A stretch of DNA of 64,000 nt from an uncultured bacterium. GTDB taxonomy: Bacteria; Abyssobacteria; SURF-5. The first letter of the stretch is position 1; every line of letters begins with the position of its first letter. The DNA is taken from positions 1 through 64,000 of the forward strand of contig CAZSKP010000009.1 of the NCBI GenBank assembly GCA_964607485.1. Direction: 5' to 3'. The notes beneath the pieces were generated by a model, which searched no databases, had not been told where the DNA came from, and was given only the letters and a program-made list of their open reading frames with translations. The translations under genes and the position numbers were made by a program. Below, piece by piece: positions 40,814 to 50,757 of the stretch.

Positions 40814-41638
40814 TCACTCCATTTCAGCCAATGCGCGAACACACTCCTCCTCCGTGGGTGCGACGCCGTGATAATCGACCATGTTTTCCATGAACGAGAC
40901 GCCCTTTCCCTTGACCGTGCGTGCGACTATCATTGTCGGCCGGGCTTTGGCATCCCGGGCCGTTTCGAAGGCTTGAAGTATCTCCCCCATATCATGTCCG
41001 TCTATTTCGACGACGTTCCAGCCGAAACTCTCCCACTTTGCCGATATCGAGCCCAGAGACTTGATCTCGTCGATGTGCCCGTCGATCTGAAGGCCGTTGT
41101 TGTCCACGACCGCACAGAGATTGTCCAGTCCGTGATGGGCTGCCGTCATCGCCGCCTCCCATATCTGGCCCTCCTGTATCTCTCCGTCGCCCAGAAGGAC
41201 GTACACGCGATAGTCGCGTCTGTCGAGCCTGGCGGCGAGCGCCATGCCGTTGGCGATCGAGAGCCCCTGCCCTAACGAGCCGCTCGACATATCGACGCCG
41301 GGGGTCTTCCGCATGTCCGGATGTCCCTGCAGCGGGCTGTTCAACTTCCGAAGGCCGTCCAGCCAGTCGACGGGAAAATATCCGGCCTTCGCCAGTACCG
41401 CGTACCATGTTGGCGCGCAGTGTCCCTTCGACATCAGGAAGCGGTCGCGTTCGGGCCAATCGGGACGGCGCGGGTCGTGCCGCATCACATGGAAATACAG
41501 GGCGACAACTATGTCGGCGCACGACAGGCTTCCGCCCGGGTGACCGGAGGCGGCCTTGGCGAGCATCGTGACGACATCTCGTCTTACGGCCTTCGCATGC
41601 GCCTCGAGAGCGGCAATCGTGTTCCGGTCAAAAGACAT
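40814..41638 (-). CDS. Transketolase, N-terminal subunit
   Basis: GHPGGSLS, DRFLMSKGH, LQGHP, GSLGQG, GDGE.QEGQIWE and KGKGVSFME. Confidence 0.95.
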   Translation of the reverse strand: MSFDRNTIAALEAHAKAVRRDVVTMLAKAASGHPGGSLSCADIVVALYFHVMRHDPRRPDWPERDRFLMSKGHCAPTWYAVLAKAGYFPVDWLDGLRKLNSPLQGHPDMRKTPGVDMSSGSLGQGLSIANGMALAARLDRRDYRVYVLLGDGEIQEGQIWEAAMTAAHHGLDNLCAVVDNNGLQIDGHIDEIKSLGSISAKWESFGWNVVEIDGHDMGEILQAFETARDAKARPTMIVARTVKGKGVSFMENMVDYHGVAPTEEECVRALAEME

Positions 41639-41745
41639 GTCGCGGGCCCCTGTTTATCCAATATATGACATCGGGAGAACAGCATGTTAGTTTATCAGAT
41701 TGGCGGGTAAATGTAAACCGAAATTCACTTGTTCGACGGCGGGAA

Positions 41746-43116
41746 TCAAACCTTGATATCGTACTTTTTTATGCGGTATTGCAGCGTTTTGTACGTCATC
41801 CCCACGAGCTTCGACGCTTTCAGAATGTGACCGCCTGTTCTTGCGAGCGCCTCGCAGATGAGCTTCTTTTCTACCTCCTCTATCGAGAGTCCCTCTTCGG
41901 GCAGCCGCACTCCCGGAAGCTGCTCGGCGGCCGCCTGAGGAGCGAGCAGACTCCGGGGCAGGTCGTCCACGGCTATTTTGTCCTTATCCGTCAGAACCAG
42001 CAGCCGTTCGAGCGTGTTCTCAAGCTCCCGCACATTGCCCGGCCAATGGTACGCCACAAACTTGTCGATGACCGCAGAATCGAGGACGGGATATCTTCGC
42101 TGAAACTCTTGCGAGAGCTTCCTCTTAAAAAAGTCGATCAGCGGGGGCACGTCTTCCTTGCGCTCGCGCAGGGGCGGGATATCGACGACTATCACGTTAA
42201 GCCGGAAAAACAGGTCTTCCCGGAAGTTTCCTTTTGCGACCTCGCGCTCCAGGTTCTTGTTCGTGGCGGCGATCACCCGGACATCCACGGAGATCAACTC
42301 GGTCCCGCCGACGCGCTCGATCTTCATTTCCTGCAGCACCCGGAGCAGCTTCGCCTGCAACTCCATCGACATGTCGCCGATCTCGTCCAGGAAGATGGTG
42401 CCTCCGTCGGCGAGCTCGAATTTGCCCTTTTTTGTCTGTATTGCGCCCGTGAAGGCCCCCTTCTCGTGGCCGAACAGCTCGCTTTCTATGAGATTCTCGG
42501 GCACGGCGGCGCAGTTTACCGCAACGAACGGGTTCTTCTTGCGGGGGCCGTTGAAATGAATGCTGCGTGCCACCAATTCCTTGCCCGTCCCGCTTTCGCC
42601 CTGTATCAGGACGGTGCTGTTGACCGGAATAGACCTCTCGATGAGCCTGAAGATTTTTTGCATCTTCTCGCTTGTCCCGACAATGTTGCCAAGATTGAAG
42701 CGGGTTTCCACCAACTCGCGCAGTTCCAAATTCTCCTGCCGGAGCTGTTTGTGCTCGAGAGCCCTCTGAACCGAGACAAGGAGCACCTCTTTGTCGAATG
42801 GCTTTGTGATGTAATCGTGCGCGCCCTGCCGCATCGCCTCGACCGCGCTTTCTATCGAGCCGTATGCGGTCATGACTATTACCTCGGTTTCGGGAGAAAC
42901 CTGCTTGGCCCCCCTCAGCACGTCGATGCCGTTGCCGTCTTCCATTTTGAGGTCGGTGATGATGAGGTCGAGCCTGTCCTTCTCGATCTGCTCGACGGCC
43001 TCGATCGTGCCGGAGGCCTGCGTGACGTCGTACTTTGCCCGACTGAGAACGTCGGAGATGATCTGACGCTGAGCGTCCTCGTCATCCACGACGAGTATCT
43101 TCGCCAGCGCGCTCAC
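41746..43116 (-). CDS. sigma54-dependent response regulator (NtrC/AtoC family)
   Basis: Receiver domain, GESGTGKE, GAFTGA, FLDEIG, WPGNVRELEN and Fis HTH. Confidence 0.96.
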   Translation of the reverse strand: MSALAKILVVDDEDAQRQIISDVLSRAKYDVTQASGTIEAVEQIEKDRLDLIITDLKMEDGNGIDVLRGAKQVSPETEVIVMTAYGSIESAVEAMRQGAHDYITKPFDKEVLLVSVQRALEHKQLRQENLELRELVETRFNLGNIVGTSEKMQKIFRLIERSIPVNSTVLIQGESGTGKELVARSIHFNGPRKKNPFVAVNCAAVPENLIESELFGHEKGAFTGAIQTKKGKFELADGGTIFLDEIGDMSMELQAKLLRVLQEMKIERVGGTELISVDVRVIAATNKNLEREVAKGNFREDLFFRLNVIVVDIPPLRERKEDVPPLIDFFKRKLSQEFQRRYPVLDSAVIDKFVAYHWPGNVRELENTLERLLVLTDKDKIAVDDLPRSLLAPQAAAEQLPGVRLPEEGLSIEEVEKKLICEALARTGGHILKASKLVGMTYKTLQYRIKKYDIKV

Positions 43117-44522
43117 GGTGCTTTCTCCGGAATGGTGACGGTGACGGTGGTGCCCTGTCCTTGCCGGCTTTCGACTTTTATTTCTCCTTCGTGCTTCTCG
43201 ATTATCGTCTTTGTGAGCGAGAGTCCCAGGCCGGTCCCTGAAGACTTCGTGGAGAAATACGGGTCGAAAATCTTGTCGAGCGCTTCGGCGGGGATTCCCT
43301 TGCCCTTGTCCGCAATCGTCAACTTGATCTGCCCATCCGATTCGGCCATGCTCACATCGATGGTTCCGGTCTCGCCGGAGGCCTCCATTGCGTTTATGAG
43401 TATGTTCAGTATGGCTCCTTTCAAGAGCTGGGGATCAACCAAGAAGTCTCTCGGCGCGGCGGGAATGTTCGTCCGCAGGCTCACGCCCCTTCTTTGCGCG
43501 TCCTTTTCGACCAGGTGCGCCGTTTCCTTCAAGAGCTGGTCGACCCTGCAGGGACGCAGTGAGAGTTCGCGCTCCTTGGCCAGCGTGAGGAAATCCCTCA
43601 CGATGTCGTCGAGCCGGTTTACCTCCTTGAGGATGGTATCGGCATATCTGTTGAACGACGCCTCATCGAGGTCGTGCTGGGAGAAGATATCCTTCAGATG
43701 TGAGATGGTGAGCTTGATCCCGTTGAGCGGATTCCCGATTTCGTGTGCGATACCGGCCGTCAGATTGCCCAGTGCAGACAACCGCTGTGTCTGGGCGAGC
43801 TTCTGCTCCATCTTCGCCTTTGTTCTCAACGCCTCGACCATTTCATTGAACTTCATCTCGAGAGTCAAGACCTCGCTGGCGTTGGGCTTAATATCGATCT
43901 CATGAAGGTTGCCCTCGCTTATTTCTTTGCAGGTCTCGGCCATTGCGCGCAACGGGTGCAGAAGCTTGAAAATGAAGTAGCACAGAGCCCCGATGGTGCC
44001 AAGAAACAGGATCAGGAGCGCGACGAGGACTTTGCTCCGAAGCGCCTTCACCAGATGGGTCTGGGGCGCGACGGCAAGCGCGATGCTCACGTAGCCGACC
44101 GGCTCCGAGTCAACCATGATGGGAAAGGTTTGAAAGTATGCGGTTATCTTTCCGCCACCGGCGGGCCGTGCCTCTATAATCTTGGTATCGGGATTGCCGA
44201 ATTCCAGAAGCGGCGTCTCGTCGTGCTGGATGCTTGAGACGACGTTTTTTTCGGAATCGCGGACGATTATCGCATCGACGCCGCTGGGCGTCTCCAGGTC
44301 GGAGAGACTCTTTTTGAGAACCTCTCGGCGCGGCTCCGCCACTTCCAGATTCTCGAGGTGAACTTGAAAGTGACGCACTACCTGTGAGCTCTTCTCTTCC
44401 ATCTCTGAGAGGATGCTCTGCTGGTAGCGGAAAAGGACGCCGACTACACTTCCGACGAGGCAGAACGTGAGTACGATGCAACACAGGATGATCTTGAATA
44501 CCAGAGATTTATACCACTTCAT
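43113..44522 (-). CDS. Membrane sensor histidine kinase (HAMP)
   Basis: Two TMs, HAMP, H-box AHEIGNPL, NAMEA, DKGKGI and GTGLGL. Confidence 0.93.
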   Translation of the reverse strand: MKWYKSLVFKIILCCIVLTFCLVGSVVGVLFRYQQSILSEMEEKSSQVVRHFQVHLENLEVAEPRREVLKKSLSDLETPSGVDAIIVRDSEKNVVSSIQHDETPLLEFGNPDTKIIEARPAGGGKITAYFQTFPIMVDSEPVGYVSIALAVAPQTHLVKALRSKVLVALLILFLGTIGALCYFIFKLLHPLRAMAETCKEISEGNLHEIDIKPNASEVLTLEMKFNEMVEALRTKAKMEQKLAQTQRLSALGNLTAGIAHEIGNPLNGIKLTISHLKDIFSQHDLDEASFNRYADTILKEVNRLDDIVRDFLTLAKERELSLRPCRVDQLLKETAHLVEKDAQRRGVSLRTNIPAAPRDFLVDPQLLKGAILNILINAMEASGETGTIDVSMAESDGQIKLTIADKGKGIPAEALDKIFDPYFSTKSSGTGLGLSLTKTIIEKHEGEIKVESRQGQGTTVTVTIPEKAP

Positions 44523-44557
44523 CTGAGTTCTTTTCGGGCGGGGACACTCCACCTCTT

Positions 44558-44587
44558 AGTATACCCCCTGCGGGTCATTTCTGTCAA
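44558..44587 (-). promoter_or_regulatory. sigma70 promoter of the HK/NtrC pair
   Basis: Minus strand TTGACA-18 nt-TATACT. Confidence 0.6.
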
Positions 44588-44843
44588 TTCACCCGCAACC
44601 CCGAGATGCAAGACCCGGCGGGTCCATGACATAGGGGTATGCCGATGTTTCTCACTCTCTCAATTACACACACGCCGCCGGTAAAGTCGGGCTCGGCGGG
44701 AAAAAGACGAGGTTTTGTAAGGTCACGCCCCACCGACCGCGATGGCCGGTCGAGCGGATAGAAATGCGCCGCACATCTGCAGGCCGCGGCCCGCCCGGGC
44801 GGCTGAATCCACCCGCATTCCATGGAGTTGTGGTTGACGGAGA

Positions 44844-45251
44844 TCAGGCACGTGAAATGCGGCGAGAGTTGCCGTATGTCTCGAGCGCCTTCCTTGCAAC
44901 GCTCAAGATCTCCTGTCCCTTGACGGGTTTGTTGATGTATTCGAACGCACCCAGATTCATCAGGTCCATGTACGATTCGACCTCGCCGTAGGCGGTGATG
45001 AAGATGACGGGTACTTTCATCTTCTTCCGCTTGATTTCCTCCATCAACTCCATTCCGTTCAGGTTGGGCATTCTCAGGTCGGAGATGACGAGGTCAAACA
45101 CATCTTCCGAGAGCGCTTCGAGGGCTTCACGTCCGTCGGCGGCAACGGTCACGTCGTAGCCCGACTTCTCGAACATCTTCTTCATCGCCTTACGGAACTC
45201 TTGGTCGTCGTCCACGAGGAGTATCGACTGCTTATCGTTCATCGACATCAC
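44844..45251 (-). CDS. Single-domain response regulator (receiver only)
   Basis: LLVDDD, SDLRMP, ITAYG and INKP. Confidence 0.93.
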   Translation of the reverse strand: MMSMNDKQSILLVDDDQEFRKAMKKMFEKSGYDVTVAADGREALEALSEDVFDLVISDLRMPNLNGMELMEEIKRKKMKVPVIFITAYGEVESYMDLMNLGAFEYINKPVKGQEILSVARKALETYGNSRRISRA

Positions 45252-45275
45252 TCCTTTTCTCCTAATTATAACCAG

Positions 45276-46829
45276 TCAATCCTCAAGTGGCAACTTGAGA
45301 AGGAAAGAGGCGCCTTCTCCAGGCTCTGAGTAGAACTCGATGGAGCCGCCGTGGGCGCCGATGATATCGCGCGCTATCGGAAGGCCCAAGCCGGTGCCCG
45401 CCGACTTGGTGCTGAAGAACGGCTCGAACAATTTCTCGGCGTCAACGCGCCGGATGCCCGGGCCGGTATCCGAGATGACTATCTCCGCCCAATCGTCCGA
45501 AGCGGCCGTGACCGTCTTTATCCTGCCGCCATCCGGCATGGCCTCTGCGGAATTCTTATACAGGTTCAAAATCGCTTCCTTTATCCGCTCTGTGTCGAAA
45601 TATATGTTGGGCAGCCTGTCCGAAAAAACGTTCACAAACGCAATTTTTCGGGATTCCATCTCCTTGCGCATGAAATCCTGCAGCTCTCTCAGCGTCCGGT
45701 GCAGACACTGTCGGCGAAACTGCATCTTCGGGATGCGGGTGTAGTCGAGGTATTCTCCCGTGATGCGCTCGAGCCGCTCGACCTCCTTCATTACCGACTT
45801 AATGAGTTCCCCCACCTCGCTGCTGATTCCGCTCTCGGCAATCTGCTCCAGCTCGCATTCCAGCATCTCGATATTGAGCCGGATCGATGCGAGCGGGTTC
45901 TTCACCTCGTGGGCGATCCCAGCCGTCATCCGCCCGACAACAGCCAATTTCTCGGCGTGCAGCTCGTTGGCCTGAAGCCGCCTGAGCTCGGTCGTGTCCC
46001 TTATGACGGCCGACTTGCCGGTGGGCTTGCCCGTCTCGTCGCGCATAAGCGTCCATGTCACGTCGAGATACAGCTTTCGGCCCGTCTTGTCAAGGGCGGG
46101 CATTTCACAACTTCTAAGCGACCCGCTCTCGCCTATGCGCTCGCGGATGTTCTTCAACACCTTCCGGTGGGTACGCTGATCCGGCACAATCAAGGACAAA
46201 CCCCGGCCGATCGCCTCATGCTCGTCGTATCCGAAGATGGCCTGGGCCCCGCGGTTCCAGCTTCGGATACGCCCGCGATTGTCAAAACCTATGATCGCAT
46301 CGGCGGAATTGGTCGCGAGGTTGGCAAGATAATTGGCCTCGTGCCTCAGCTTCCGCTCCAGGTTCTTCTCCCTGGTGACATCCCGCAGAACGCCGACTAC
46401 TCCCGCAACCCGGCCCTGGCGGTTCTTCAAGAGCTTCGCCGTGAGCAGACACTGCAGTTTCCTTCCATCTTTCGCTTTCACCGTCACTTCGCGGTCGTCC
46501 ACGTGCTCCGATGTCGTAAGTTCGTTCAGGATCCCCTCAATATCGCCTCTCAGGATAAATTCGGCCGCAGGATGACCAACGGTATCCTCGTGGCAATAGC
46601 CGAGCAGTTTTTCCATGGTGGCGCTGTGGCTGGTGATGACTCCGCGGGCATCGGTCAAAAGAACCGCAATATCGGGAAGCTCTTCCACAAGACGGTCGAG
46701 AACCTCGCGTTCCGCCAAGGCAGGGGCGGGTGATTCGGCGTGGCGGGAACGGCCGGAGAGGGAGCCCAATCCTTTCGTGACGTTCCTCCGGCCCCCCGAG
46801 TCATTGCTGTTGCGAGGCAAGTCCGCCAT
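45276..46829 (-). CDS. Cytoplasmic two-PAS sensor histidine kinase
   Basis: Two PAS/PAC domains (RDVT, RDTT), AHEVKNPL, DTGPGI and GTGLGL; start MADLPRN. Confidence 0.92.
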   Translation of the reverse strand: MADLPRNSNDSGGRRNVTKGLGSLSGRSRHAESPAPALAEREVLDRLVEELPDIAVLLTDARGVITSHSATMEKLLGYCHEDTVGHPAAEFILRGDIEGILNELTTSEHVDDREVTVKAKDGRKLQCLLTAKLLKNRQGRVAGVVGVLRDVTREKNLERKLRHEANYLANLATNSADAIIGFDNRGRIRSWNRGAQAIFGYDEHEAIGRGLSLIVPDQRTHRKVLKNIRERIGESGSLRSCEMPALDKTGRKLYLDVTWTLMRDETGKPTGKSAVIRDTTELRRLQANELHAEKLAVVGRMTAGIAHEVKNPLASIRLNIEMLECELEQIAESGISSEVGELIKSVMKEVERLERITGEYLDYTRIPKMQFRRQCLHRTLRELQDFMRKEMESRKIAFVNVFSDRLPNIYFDTERIKEAILNLYKNSAEAMPDGGRIKTVTAASDDWAEIVISDTGPGIRRVDAEKLFEPFFSTKSAGTGLGLPIARDIIGAHGGSIEFYSEPGEGASFLLKLPLED

Positions 46830-47099
46830 GCGCTGTACTCCGGGGAACGTGGGGAAAAAGTTGGCCGCCTCGAAAAATAGGAAAAGTGCATAATTATTAT
46901 ACCACCAAATCGTTTGCTGTGAAGTAGATATTTTGAAGAAATCTCTTTTTTTTCTTGCGAAACGCATCGGGCCTTTCCCCAAAGGTTAACATCTGAACCC
47001 AAAAGATAATTGGCGCGATAGAGAGTCTTGAAAGGTGGTTCCTGAATGGAAACTGAACGGCAGCCGAGGCGACGAGCGGCGATAAGTCGAGCGGCGGGT

Positions 47100-47423
47100 T
47101 TACGCGACGTGCGGGCTGGGCCTGTCGAATTGGATGGTCACAGCGCTTCCGAGTTCAATCATGTCGCCGTGTCGGAGCTTCGTCTCTTCGCTTATCGGCG
47201 TTCCGTTCACCGATGTCCCGTTCATGCTCTGAAGGTCGCATATGTAGTATGCGTCGTCCCTCTTCACGATGCGCGCGTGAGAGCGCGAGACCCCCTCGGA
47301 CGCTATCTGCATATCGTTCGAGGGAGCGCGACCGAGCGAAACGGTGTTGGAGACGATGCAACAGGTTTGCGAAGCTAGGCCCTTGATAACAATAAGCTTA
47401 GGGACTGCGGACGCGTCATCCAA
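47100..47423 (-). CDS. Stand-alone FHA-domain protein
   Basis: LGR, VSRSHA, DLQSMNGT.VNG and LRHGDMI.LG. Confidence 0.9.
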   Translation of the reverse strand: MDDASAVPKLIVIKGLASQTCCIVSNTVSLGRAPSNDMQIASEGVSRSHARIVKRDDAYYICDLQSMNGTSVNGTPISEETKLRHGDMIELGSAVTIQFDRPSPHVA

Positions 47424-47454
47424 GGCGGGCTTCCCCCATCTGCCGATGCCGGCG

Positions 47455-47730
47455 TCAACCGCCTGCGATTGCGGAAAGGACGGAGATTTCGTCGCCCTCG
47501 CTCAGGCGTTCGTCGAGCCTTTCCGGGATATCCAGGCGGTCTCCGTTCAGGAGAAACGTGGCTCTCCCCTGCTTCACCAGTCCTTTGAAAAATCTTCTGC
47601 CGAGCGCCTTCTTCTTGTCCAGACGCGCGAAAACTTTCTTGGGCGTGTCGTTCTCGATATAGGGTTCCTCGAACGTCCGGTTCAACGGGCTTCCGAGGAA
47701 CACTCCCGTAACCTTCACTCGAATCGCCAT
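47455..47730 (-). CDS. MoaD/ThiS family sulfur carrier
   Basis: LLNG...LSEGDEISVLSAIAGG with C-terminal GG; follows AOR. Confidence 0.88.
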   Translation of the reverse strand: MAIRVKVTGVFLGSPLNRTFEEPYIENDTPKKVFARLDKKKALGRRFFKGLVKQGRATFLLNGDRLDIPERLDERLSEGDEISVLSAIAGG

Positions 47731-47785
47731 CTCATCCCTGCCGGCCTATCAGTTCCACGCGCGGCATTCGTTCGACTCGAAGCGC

Positions 47786-49783
47786 TCAATCTCCGTACAA
47801 GTCCCTGATCGGGCCGAGCAGGCCAAGAGCCTCAAGCCGCTCCCTCTTGGGAACGCCCGTTTCGTAGTCCCAGCCGAGCTTGTCGTAGTATCGCGACGCC
47901 ATCTTGTCGAGGTCGAGCGTGATATTCGCCAGAGGCCCCTTGCTCAGAGGAGGATAGCCGCCGGCCCTGTTCCTTATCTGCGTGTCGGCGGGCTTTATGC
48001 CCTCGCGGACGTTGAAGCAATGTCTGAGGGTGAGTATCCTCTCTCCGATTCTGAGGGCTTCGTGCGCGTCGATGCTCCAGCCGGTCACCGCGTTTATCAT
48101 CTCGAACAGCGGGTATTCGCCCACGAGCAGCCCGAACATGCAGACGCCGGCGCTGTTGGCGACCTGGACGAACGCGCTGTTGATGGTCTGGAACTCGCCC
48201 GCCTTGTCATAGTTGTACTTCGACGATTTCAGCGATACCTGCTTGACGGGTTTGACTTGCTTGAACTTCTTGTGAAGCTCCATCAGCATGACGTACGTGT
48301 CGGAGGAAATGGTGTGCCGGCCGGGGGTCGGCTCCACCTCGTATGCGGTGCCGAAGGTGGGGTCGAACCGCGGATCGTGCATCGGCAGCTCCTGGCCGCC
48401 CGCATGGACGGCGAACTTCTCGGAGCCCTTCCCTATCTTTTCCGCCGCACGCTTGACGCCGTCGGCCAGAACGTCGCCGAAGCCCGACCGCGCCGCCAGT
48501 TTCTCGGTCATCTTGACGATGGCGTCGGCGTTGCCCCAGGTCAGCTTCAGGCCGTCCGTGTCCTCGTCGGTTAATAGTCCGTTCTCGTAACATTCGATGG
48601 CAAAAGCGATCGTCGCGCCGGCCGAGATGGTGTCCAGCCCGGCTCGGTTGCATATCTCGTTGGCCGCGATAATCGATTCGAGGTCGTCGTTCAGGCACAT
48701 CGTCCCGAACGCAGCAAGGGTTTCATACTCGGGCTTGTGGCTTTCCTCAAGGGCATACTTGCCCTCCTTCACCTTGACGATGCCGCCGCAGCCGAGCGGA
48801 CAGAACGCGCAGTAGTACTTCTTCTCCTGATACTTTATGAGATTCTCGTCGCTGATCTTGTACGATTTGGCGCTGACGGGAAAATCGTGGTGACCGCTTC
48901 CGCCCCAGTTTTTCACGGGTGAGTCGCCGCTTTCTGCCGAGTAGGCCGTCATGCCGCCCGTGCCGTAGCGCATGATGAGTTCCTTGTACGTCGCCGGCGG
49001 CGTGGCGAAGAGGAACGGGAAATAGCTGCGCACGAGCTTTCCCATGAGGTTGATGTTGTCAACCGATGCCTTGTCTTTGAACGGCGGCTTCTTTCGGAAT
49101 TTCTCCAGGTAACTCTTGCGTATCTTCGAGAACGCATCCGGGTCGGCCAGTTCGGTCTTCTTGTCGCCGAAAGCCGCAATGGCCTTGAGCCGCTTCGAGC
49201 CCATGACCGCGCCCAGGCCCGAGCGTCCTGCCGCCCTGCCCCTGTCGGTTATCACTCCCGATATAAGCGAGAGCTTCTCGCCCGCGGGACCGATGCAGGC
49301 GATCTGGTACTTCTTGTTGCCCAATTTCTCGCGGATAAGGACCTCGGTCTCGACGCAATCTTTTCCCCAGACGAACGACGCGTCCACAAGCTCGGCCTTG
49401 CCCTCGTTGATGACGAGCATCACGGGCTTTTCGGAAATGCCCTTCACAAAGACGGCGTCGTAGCCCGTGCGCTTGAGCATCGGCGAGAAATAGCCGCCCG
49501 AGTTGGAGTCACCCCATGTGCCCGTGAGCGGCGATTTGCCGACGACCATGTACCTGCCCGTGAACGGAGCTCCCGTGCCCGTCAAAAGGCCGGTCGTGAA
49601 GCCGATGACCGCGTCGGGGCCGAGCGGGTCGGTCTTGGCGGGCTGGCGGTCGTACACGATTTTCGCGCCCAGCCCGTAGCCGCAGAGAAAGTCGCGATAG
49701 GTGAGTTCGTCTATTTCCTCATCCCATATCTTGCCCGTGCTCAGGTCGGCCCACAGCACCTTTCCCATATATCCGGAAGGCAT
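47786..49783 (-). CDS. Aldehyde:ferredoxin oxidoreductase family (tungstopterin)
   Basis: KSPLTG, CIGPAGE, GRSGLGAVMGSKRLKA, CAFCPLGC, PEYET, GLDTIS, HDPR and GVPKRERL..LGL. Confidence 0.95.
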   Translation of the reverse strand: MPSGYMGKVLWADLSTGKIWDEEIDELTYRDFLCGYGLGAKIVYDRQPAKTDPLGPDAVIGFTTGLLTGTGAPFTGRYMVVGKSPLTGTWGDSNSGGYFSPMLKRTGYDAVFVKGISEKPVMLVINEGKAELVDASFVWGKDCVETEVLIREKLGNKKYQIACIGPAGEKLSLISGVITDRGRAAGRSGLGAVMGSKRLKAIAAFGDKKTELADPDAFSKIRKSYLEKFRKKPPFKDKASVDNINLMGKLVRSYFPFLFATPPATYKELIMRYGTGGMTAYSAESGDSPVKNWGGSGHHDFPVSAKSYKISDENLIKYQEKKYYCAFCPLGCGGIVKVKEGKYALEESHKPEYETLAAFGTMCLNDDLESIIAANEICNRAGLDTISAGATIAFAIECYENGLLTDEDTDGLKLTWGNADAIVKMTEKLAARSGFGDVLADGVKRAAEKIGKGSEKFAVHAGGQELPMHDPRFDPTFGTAYEVEPTPGRHTISSDTYVMLMELHKKFKQVKPVKQVSLKSSKYNYDKAGEFQTINSAFVQVANSAGVCMFGLLVGEYPLFEMINAVTGWSIDAHEALRIGERILTLRHCFNVREGIKPADTQIRNRAGGYPPLSKGPLANITLDLDKMASRYYDKLGWDYETGVPKRERLEALGLLGPIRDLYGD

Positions 49784-49931
49784 GAACGGCTCCTTTCATA
49801 GCGTTGCGCGAACAGTACCCAATGCAGCCATTATAGCATGTTTATTGGAGAGCTTAAGAGTCCTCGCACCTAAATCGTAAGTCCAATATAGATAGTTAGT
49901 TATAGGGAAAAGTTGGCTGTGTCCCCATTTA

Positions 49932-50681
49932 TTATTCTTGGCCACGTCTAGGCAAATCTTCCAGAGATAGAACGGGACACTTCCGCTTACCCAGATTGGC
50001 CAAAGTTTCTGCCAACTCTGTTGCCTCTAGATTCCTACCATGTAGTTCATAGAACCTGAGCAAGTCATTTCTGGCAGCAATAGAAGGCAGAGATACACAC
50101 CCCTTCTCATTTGTGATGCGATCAGCAACCGAAATGCTCTTATGGTAACACGCCTCGGCACTTTCCAGGTCCCATAAGATCACGTACAAGTCGGCTGCCA
50201 ATATATAACTCGAATAACTTAAGCGCCAATTTTCATATTCTTCGTAAATTTCTGCGGCCTCTACAAAAGCGTTCGCCGCATTCTTAAGTCGCAAATGGCC
50301 ACAATCAGCAGCAATATGGCCCAACTTATTGTCTAGCTCGGCGCGTAGTTCTGGGGAATCGCTCTCACTTAGCCTGCTGATACTCCTTTCAAGCAAATCT
50401 ATGGCATCATCATATCTGCCAAGTGAATATAGTTTGTCGGCCTCGGCGATAGTTTTCACCGAGAACTGTTCCAAACACTCTTGGCGAGCACTTCTCTCAA
50501 AGAATTCATCCGATTTCTCGCAAATTTCTTCGCCATACTCCTCCTGGCTATCATCAGCTGAGACTTTTGGCTGCCAGAAGACGCATACCAACACAGCTAT
50601 CCAAAGAGCCCAAACCACGCCTCTTTTGGTTGATGTAGTTGATGGGGTCAAATCTTTAGCCTTGCATGTCGAGCTTATCAA
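49932..50681 (-). CDS. AT-rich exported TPR/SNAP-like helical repeat protein
   Basis: Hydrophobic N-segment (VVWALWIAVLVCVFW), then YDDAIDLLERSI, NAANAFVEAAEIYE and AEACYHKSI; lower GC than flanks. Confidence 0.7.
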   Translation of the reverse strand: MISSTCKAKDLTPSTTSTKRGVVWALWIAVLVCVFWQPKVSADDSQEEYGEEICEKSDEFFERSARQECLEQFSVKTIAEADKLYSLGRYDDAIDLLERSISRLSESDSPELRAELDNKLGHIAADCGHLRLKNAANAFVEAAEIYEEYENWRLSYSSYILAADLYVILWDLESAEACYHKSISVADRITNEKGCVSLPSIAARNDLLRFYELHGRNLEATELAETLANLGKRKCPVLSLEDLPRRGQE

Positions 50682-50757
50682 CGAATTTTGGCTATCGCAG
50701 GTTAACCAATTCTAGCATGGGCACAAGGTGCTGTCAATCGCAGTAGCCGTGCCTCGT

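Noticed and set aside
41665-43905. Long plus-strand ORFs (746 aa here; also 35459-37351, 51834-53405, 57753-59243)
   Set aside because: Antisense shadows of well-supported minus-strand genes in GC-rich DNA.
47455-49783. AOR-MoaD pairing as a ubiquitin-like system with the JAB domain
   Set aside because: MoaD next to AOR is a common pterin-cofactor arrangement; the JAB domain is over 20 kb away and is RadC-type.
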